Part shown: positions 59,790-64,000 of the stretch, in pieces
Position numbering within the stretch: the stretch's first letter is position 1
Layout of the letters: each line of letters begins with the position of its first letter
NCBI RefSeq assembly: GCF_009914755.1
Contig: NC_060930.1
Direction: 5' to 3' (one strand)
Length of the DNA: 64,000 nt
Source: the human T2T-CHM13v2.0 reference genome, Homo sapiens
Position numbers and translations under genes: made by a program
The notes under the pieces: generated by a model
Told to the model about the DNA's origin: nothing
Seen by the model: the letters and a program-made list of their open reading frames with translations, nothing else
Database searches by the model: none

Positions 59790-61990
59790 ATGCTGGTGTT
59801 CTCCCCTCTCCTTCCCCTTTTTGATGGGTTCCACAGTGTAAGACAGTCACCTCCTTGGGTTTTTGCACTGCATGCAATAACTCCATAATTTCCTTGTGGT
59901 ATTTAATGGGGGTTCACCCAGAGGTTAGGAACTCCCTTTCTTTCCATATTGCAGCATGGGCATGTAGGATTAGATAAGCATACTTGCTATCTGTGTACAC
60001 ATTTATTCTTTTTCCCTTTCCCAGTTCTAAGGCTCGGGTAAGTGCCACTAGTTCTGCTAACTGGGCACTGGTCCCTGGGGGAGGAGGCTTACTTCCAAGT
60101 ATGGTTACATCAACTATGGCATAACCTGCCCTTCATATCCCATTTTCCACAAATGAACTTCCATCGGTATATAGGTTAAGGTCAGGATTAGCTAAGGGGA
60201 CTTCTAAGAGATGATCTCAGGTGGCATAAGTCTGGACTACAACCTGTTGGCAGCCATGCTCGACTGGCTCCCCATCCTCTGGGAGAAAAACAGCAAGGCT
60301 GATGGCTGCACATGTATGCACTTGAAGCACCGGTCCCTCAAGTAGTAGCATCTCGTATCTAAGCAGGTGGTTGCCTGATATCCATAAACTTCCTTTGGCA
60401 CCTAGTATGCCATTTACATCATGAGTAGTCCAGACAGTGAGGTCCTTTCCTTGTATTATTTTGATAGCCTCTGACACTAAGATGGCCACCACCGCAACTA
60501 CCCATAAACAGTGAGGCCAGCCTTTTGCTACTACATCAATTTCCTTATTTAGGTATGCTACTGGTTGTGGGGTTGTCCCACGAGTCTGGGTAAGGACTCC
60601 AAGAGCTATCCCTGCTTTCTGGAAGGCTTAAAGCTGGAGCTTTTACTAGGGTCTGCTTTAAGGTTTTGAAGGCTGTTTCTGCCCCTGGTTCCCATTCTAC
60701 TAGATGAGTATTTGCCCTCTTGGTCTCCTTGATTAGAGTATAGAGGGGCCTGGCTATCTCACTGTATCTGGGGATCCATAGTTGGCAAAAGCCAGTGATT
60801 CCAAGGAACCCCTGAAACTGTTTTAATGTCTTAGGGTGAGGATAAGCCAGTATAGGCTGTATTTATTCCTTGCTGAGGGCCCTGGTTCCTCTGGCTAAGA
60901 TTAGGCCTAGATATCTGACCCGCTGTAGGCAAAGCTGGGCCTTCAACCTAGATGTCTTGTACCCTTGATTAGCTAGAAAGTTCAAGAGATCTAGAGTAGC
61001 CTGCTGGCATGAGGCTTCTGAACTGGTAGCCAAAAGTAAATCATCCACATACTGAAGGACCAGAGTGCCTGGACTTGAGAAGTGGCCTAGATCTTGGGCC
61101 AGTGCCTGACCAAACAGAGGAGGGCTATCCCTAAACCCATGAGGCAAGACGGTCCACGTAAGTTGGGACGTGTGGTCTGTGGGATCCTCAAAGGCAAAGA
61201 GAAACTGGGAGTCAGAGTGCAGGGGAATACAGAAGAAGGCATCCTTGAGGTCCAGAACACTGAACCATTCTGCTTCCTCTGGTATTTGAGAAAGCAGGGT
61301 ATAGGGGTTGGGTACAACTGGATATAGAGGAATTACTGCCTCATTGATGAGTCCAAGATCTTGCACTAGTTTCCACTGACCATTCTGTTTTTGTACTCCT
61401 GGAATTGGGGTGTTGCAGGGACTGCTGCATTTCCTTACTAAGCCTTGAGCTTTTAAATGTTTAACAATATCCTGTAATCCTTTATGAGCTTCAGGCCTTA
61501 AGGGATATTGCCTTTGATAAGGAAATGTGGTGGGATCTTTTAGCCTGATTTGGACTGTGTGGGCATTTTTTGCCCCTCCAAATTGTCCTTCCAATGCCCA
61601 GGCTTCAGGGTTGATTCCCTCCCAAGTAGGGGACAATAAATGGGTAACTTGTTCCCCATATTCATGTAGATAATAGCTCCAGCCTTGGCTAATATATCCC
61701 TCCTTAATAAGGGTGGGACTTTCAGGCATAACAAGAAAGGCATGTGAAAAGAGCAAAGTCTCCCAGTTACAACTGAGAAGGTGGGAGAAATACCTGGTTA
61801 CAGGCTGTCCCAGGATTACTCAGATGGTAATGGACCTTGATGACAGTTGTCCAGGACAGGAGATTAACACTGAGAAGGCCGTGCCGGTATCCAGGAGGAA
61901 GTCAATTTCCTGGCCCTCAATGGTTAAACATACCCGGGGCTCAGTGAGGGTGATGACATGGACATGAGCTGGCACTTGCCCTGGGCACCC
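59790..61990 (-). pseudogene. ERV9 pro-pol remnant (protease, RT, RNase H), frameshifted; integrase not seen
   Basis: FLLDTG protease motif near 61890; LDLKDAFF, LPHG and YVDD in ORF 60863-61756; YTDGSSF near 60160. Confidence 0.93.
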
Positions 61991-63448
61991 TCAGTCCTGT
62001 TGTTGGATCATCTGGTTGGGGGCTTCTGGCCCAGAGAACCATTGCACTCTGGGGCAGTGTGCTTTCCAGTGATTGCCTCAGCATAGTGGACATGGACGAG
62101 GGGGAGGCTTGTTTCTCGTTGGACAATCTTTTTTAAAGTGTCCTTGTAAACCACACTGATAACAAGCCCTACTGGGTGATTGGCCTGCTCCATTTTCTGT
62201 CCTCTCTGAACCCCCAAGGTTTGTTTGTCTGAGGGCCATGACTAAGGCTGTGGCCTTTCTCTGATCTCGCTTTTCCTTTTGGGCCTGTTCCTCTTGGTCC
62301 CTATTATAGAACACCAAGGTTGCTAGGTTTAATAATGCCTCCAGATTTTGTTCAGGGCCCAGGGCTCGCTTTTGGAGCTATATCCTGATATCTGCAGCTG
62401 ATTGGGTAATAAACTTATCTTTTAGAATCAATTGACCCTCGAGTGAGTCGGGTGTCTGGGGAGTATATTTTCTTAAGGCCTCCCATAGCTGCTCAAGGAA
62501 GGCAGGATTTTCTTCCTTTCCCTGAGTTATGGTAGACATTATTGAACAATTCATGGGCTTTTTCCTAATTCTCCTTATTCCTTCTAGGACATAGGTCAAC
62601 AGATGTTTACGACTCCAGTCCCCACGATCTGAGTCGAGGTCCCAGTGGGGATCCATACTGGGGACAGCTTGCTGACTGGTAGGGAATTTGTCCCTTTCTT
62701 CAGCTGTCATTCTATCATTTACTTGACTGAGATACCAGGTATCTCCAAAGTCTCAGGCTACAGCTAAAGTCTCATTCTTTTCATTAAAGGCCAGTGTTTG
62801 ATCTAACAATAGCAAGACATCTCTCCAAGTGAGATCAAAGGTTTGCCCTAGACCCTGTATGACATCTATGTACCTATCAGGATCATCTGAAAACTTCCCC
62901 AAATCTGCCTTGATCTGCTCTAAATCAGAGAGGGAGAAGGGGACATGTACCCAGGCTGGGCCAAACTCCCCTCCCCCCACAGCTTGAAGGGGACATAACC
63001 AATAGCCCAGGGGGGATTGTGGTCCTTTGGAGATTTCTTTGCTTATTTCCTTCCGGGTGGAGGAGATTAGAGGAGGCTTATCATTAATAGGAAGGGGAGC
63101 TATAGGGAGGCTAGGATATGGGGATAAGCTGTGAAGTCCTCCTGTAGGATGTAAATTGCAAGCTTTGCATAGTTTTGTATTCTCCTTCAATGAAAAGAAA
63201 GCTTGGACATAAGGTATTTCACTCCATTGGCCTTCCCTCTTACAGAAAAGGTCAAGCTGCAGGATAGTATTGTAATTTATATTTCCCTCAGGTGGCCATT
63301 TTTCCCCATCAGAGAGATAATATTGGGGCCAAGCTGTAGTGCAGAAAAAAATGAGCCAGGTCTTTTTCAGGGTTTGTGGGTCAAATTGGTCCCAATGGCT
63401 TAGGGTGCATTTCAAGAATGAGCCTGTTGATGCTTGAGTGTTTCCCAT
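61990..63448 (-). pseudogene. ERV9 gag, disrupted
   Basis: MGNTQAS start at 63448; ADLGKFSDDPDRY; zinc knuckle CYQCGLQGHFKKDC; stop at 62753. Confidence 0.93.
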
Positions 63449-63495
63449 CTGAAAGACAAAACCGCCAGTGGTTTTGGTTTGTTTGTTTCTCCCCC

Positions 63496-63643
63496 TGCCC
63501 AAGAACCCGCAACGGTCCCTGGGCCCTGCTGATGGGAATAATCGCCCTCACTGACGTAGCAGCAGAAAAACCTCTTGCCCAAGAACCCACAACAGTCCCT
63601 GGACCCTGCTGATCAGAATAGTTGTGCTCACTGATGCAGCAGA
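63496..63643. repeat. 80-bp tandem repeat (~1.9 copies) in the ERV9 leader
   Basis: tgcccaagaaccc(g/a)caac(g/a)gtccctgg at 63496 and 63576. Confidence 0.9.
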
Positions 63644-64000
63644 GTCCTAAGCATTCTCCTGTTAGTATTGAGACCTTACCCATGTCCTATAAAGATGTTA
63701 TGCCCCAAAAATGAAGTGAAGGGCCATACCCTGAGGGAGGGAAGGGATCTCCAGAGTTAGAAGAGTGATGCCTTTTGTCCTCACTTATACGAATAGGAAG
63801 GATACAATTTCTGAGGCTCCCCAAATCCTAGCTTCAGGAATAGCTTTTGTTAGGCCTGCTTTTCTGAGGAGGGATCCTAAAATTCCAGATAGTCCCCCCT
63901 ACAATGGGGCTTTGGGCAAAAATTATGTCTTTCTGGTTGGTGAGCCCGGGTGCCTAAAGAAGGTAACAGAGTCCTGAAGTTTATACTAGAAATCATTCTT

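Larger units (their letters stand above)
57203..64000 (-). mobile_element. HERV9 (ERV9) provirus, deleted type, continuing beyond the window
   Basis: Minus-strand order leader-gag-pro-RT/RNaseH-(gap)-env TM-PPT-LTR12. Confidence 0.93.

Noticed and set aside
59518-59834. Arg/Glu-rich ORFs
   Set aside because: Translation of the GA-rich low-complexity tract

Overview
Primate (human-like) non-coding genomic DNA dominated by transposable elements. I found no recognisable host protein-coding exon, RNA gene or CRISPR array. Main contents: (1) a full-length ~6.16 kb L1PA3-type LINE-1 (666-6824) with an 18-19 bp TSD, disabled ORF1/ORF2, the retained ~129 bp ZNF93-target segment and an open, extended antisense ORF0; (2) older L1/L2/L3/MIR fragments, about 15 Alus, MaLR/ERVL solo LTRs and hAT MITEs, often nested; (3) a deleted HUERS-P2/LTR1-like provirus (48193-51955) whose 5' LTR is replaced by a fold-back inverted copy of the U5 end, yet which still has a 4-bp TSD; (4) an HERV9/LTR12 provirus on the minus strand (57203 to the window end) with gag, pro, RT and env-TM remnants and an L1 fragment inserted in its LTR. 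The most unusual signal is the U5-at-both-ends provirus. Next are an old ~300 bp local duplication, a micro-inversion inside an MST LTR and a miR-1302-like MER53 hairpin. Subfamily names come from recalled diagnostic sequence and need RepeatMasker/Dfam confirmation. Boundaries of old repeats are approximate.
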